From: Planctomycetota bacterium
Lineage (GTDB): Bacteria > Planctomycetota > Phycisphaerae > WQYP01
Direction of reading: 5' to 3'
Assembly: GCA_021808485.1 (NCBI GenBank)
Contig: JAKBBN010000003.1
Coordinates: forward strand, 3,341 to 67,340
Length of the DNA: 64,000 nucleotides
The number at the start of each line of letters is the position of its first letter. Position 1 is the first letter of the stretch. The notes beneath the pieces were generated by a model. The model searched no databases. It saw only the letters and a list, made by a program, of their open reading frames with translations, and was not told the origin of the DNA. Made by a program: the position numbers and the translations under genes. Of this stretch, positions 62,742 to 64,000 are shown in pieces.

Positions 62742-64000
62742 CTACATCACGCCCGGGTTGTAAGTTACAAACCGGGTATTGGCTCCAAGGAAGGTAAGCT
62801 TGACGGTATCACAGGGGCCGTTGCGCTGTTTGGCGACGATCAACAGCGCCTCGTTGAGCTTGTCCGGGTTTTGCTCTTCCCATTCCTTGTCGCCGCGATG
62901 CATGACAGCTTCCCGGTGCAGAAGCATGACGACATCGGCATCCTGCTCAATACTTCCGGACTCGCGCAGGTCGCTGGTGCGCGGCAGCCTGTTCTCGCTT
63001 TCCGAGGCGCGATTGAGCTGCGACAGGCAGATGACCGGGCAATCGAGTTCGCGGGCCAGCGCCTTGATTCCGCGACTGATCGTGCTGATCTGCTGCTGGC
63101 GATTTTCCTCCCGCGGAGCCTCCATGAGTTGCAGATAATCAATGACCACCATTTCAATTCCGTGCTGCAATTTCAGGCGGCGAGCCTTTGTTCGCAGATC
63201 AAGCATCGTGAGGCCCGGTGTATCATCAATATAAATCACGCCCTCCGCCAAAGCGCCCACCGCCCCGCCCAGCCGGGCGTGATCATCCCGTGAAAGCATG
63301 CCGCGGCGCAGCGAATGCGAATCCACGCCGCTGCGGGAGCAGAGCATGCGCTGGGCAAGCTGCTGGCGGGACATTTCCAGGGAAAAAACCGCCACCGGTT
63401 TCTTAAGATCCACGCCCACATGCTCCACGATATTCATGGCCAGTGCGGTCTTTCCCACGCTGGGCCGCGCGGCAATGACGATCATTTCACCTTTTTGCAA
63501 CCCGCTGGTAAGGTTATCCAACTCCACATAGCCGCTGGCAACACCCGTGATATGCTCGCCGTTGGTCCGGTGCAGCATTTCCATGGTCTCGCCGAGAACT
63601 TCGCCGAGCACCACAGGCTTGCCCATCTGTTTTTTCTGCGCGACTTCAAAAATACGCCCCTCCGAGCGATCGAGCACTGTCGTGGGGCTGTCCGGGCTTT
63701 CGTAGCATTCCGTCAGGATTCGGGTGCAGGCACTGATAAGCCGGCGCAACAATGATTTGTCGCGAATCATCCGGGCGTAGGTTTCGGCGTTACCGGCGTT
63801 GGGCACGCAGTTGAGGATTTTTTCCAGTAAATCATATCCGCCGGCCGCATCGTACTGCGCTTTACGCATCAGCCAGTTGCTGAGCGTTATGCCGTCAATC
63901 CCGGCATTGGACTCAAACATGTCACGGATAGCGACAAAAATTATCTGATGCTGAAGGGAAAAAAAGACTTCCGGATCGTCCACGATCTGCAACACCGGAC
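62742..64000 (-). CDS. dnaB: Replicative DNA helicase DnaB (5' end beyond the window edge)
   Basis: Walker A ARPSVGKTALAMN, Walker B VVIDYLQLM, SQLNR and C-terminal IVAKQRNGP. The frame is still open at base 64000. Confidence 0.95.
   Translation of the reverse strand, partial: PVLQIVDDPEVFFSLQHQIIFVAIRDMFESNAGIDGITLSNWLMRKAQYDAAGGYDLLEKILNCVPNAGNAETYARMIRDKSLLRRLISACTRILTECYESPDSPTTVLDRSEGRIFEVAQKKQMGKPVVLGEVLGETMEMLHRTNGEHITGVASGYVELDNLTSGLQKGEMIVIAARPSVGKTALAMNIVEHVGVDLKKPVAVFSLEMSRQQLAQRMLCSRSGVDSHSLRRGMLSRDDHARLGGAVGALAEGVIYIDDTPGLTMLDLRTKARRLKLQHGIEMVVIDYLQLMEAPREENRQQQISTISRGIKALARELDCPVICLSQLNRASESENRLPRTSDLRESGSIEQDADVVMLLHREAVMHRGDKEWEEQNPDKLNEALLIVAKQRNGPCDTVKLTFLGANTRFVTYNPGVM

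Noticed and set aside
1-64000. I looked for tRNA T-loop signatures (GGTTCGAATCC-like), rRNA, RNase P, tmRNA, CRISPR repeat arrays, IS terminal inverted repeats with transposases, integrases, reverse transcriptases (retron/DGR), toxin-antitoxin pairs, and inteins in gyrA and dnaB.
   Set aside because: None was recognised. All gaps longer than 300 bp were read on both strands, and gyrA and dnaB are colinear with intein-free homologues. A covariance-model scan would be needed to exclude small RNAs.

Overview
64-kb, gene-dense chromosomal segment. Hand-sampled GC is about 58-62% in most genes. I call about 46 protein-coding genes on both strands. I recognised no rRNA, tRNA, CRISPR array, transposase, integrase or phage genes. 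Most of the content is housekeeping: a fused indolepyruvate:ferredoxin oxidoreductase-family gene, yidC, recN, the dnaX-ybaB-recR block, gyrA, most of dnaB (its 5' end runs off the right edge), ppa, a PfkA-family phosphofructokinase, waaA, psd, a NifS-type cysteine desulfurase and nnrD. The rest is envelope and glycan related: two PEP-CTERM proteins, a prepilin-type H-X9-DG protein, an NPCBM-GH27 alpha-galactosidase, GH79-like and GH127-like hydrolases, a DUF1961/LamG protein and a sulfotransferase. With a bacterial deoxyhypusine-synthase-like gene, this mix suggests a glycan-degrading member of the PVC group (Planctomycetota / Verrucomicrobiota / Lentisphaerota-like); I cannot be more specific. 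I did not find a convincing self-contained novel multi-gene system, and there are no defence-island hallmarks. The best leads are: (1) an A10 slippery run in dnaX with stop codons in both shifted frames, a probable tau/gamma recoding site; (2) a translationally coupled pair in which a YrdC/Sua5-fold domain with a degenerate KxR/SxN signature is fused to an intact LMW phosphatase, followed by an RpiB-like isomerase lacking both known catalytic-base solutions; (3) a 620-bp ORF-free, hairpin-rich leader upstream of the prepilin-type gene; (4) a low-GC patch carrying a sulfotransferase next to a degenerate ArsM-like methyltransferase; (5) several canonical -10 boxes 6-8 nt upstream of ATG codons that lack a Shine-Dalgarno sequence, suggesting leaderless mRNAs. 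All family assignments come from motif recognition by eye and memory. No searches or folding programs were run.
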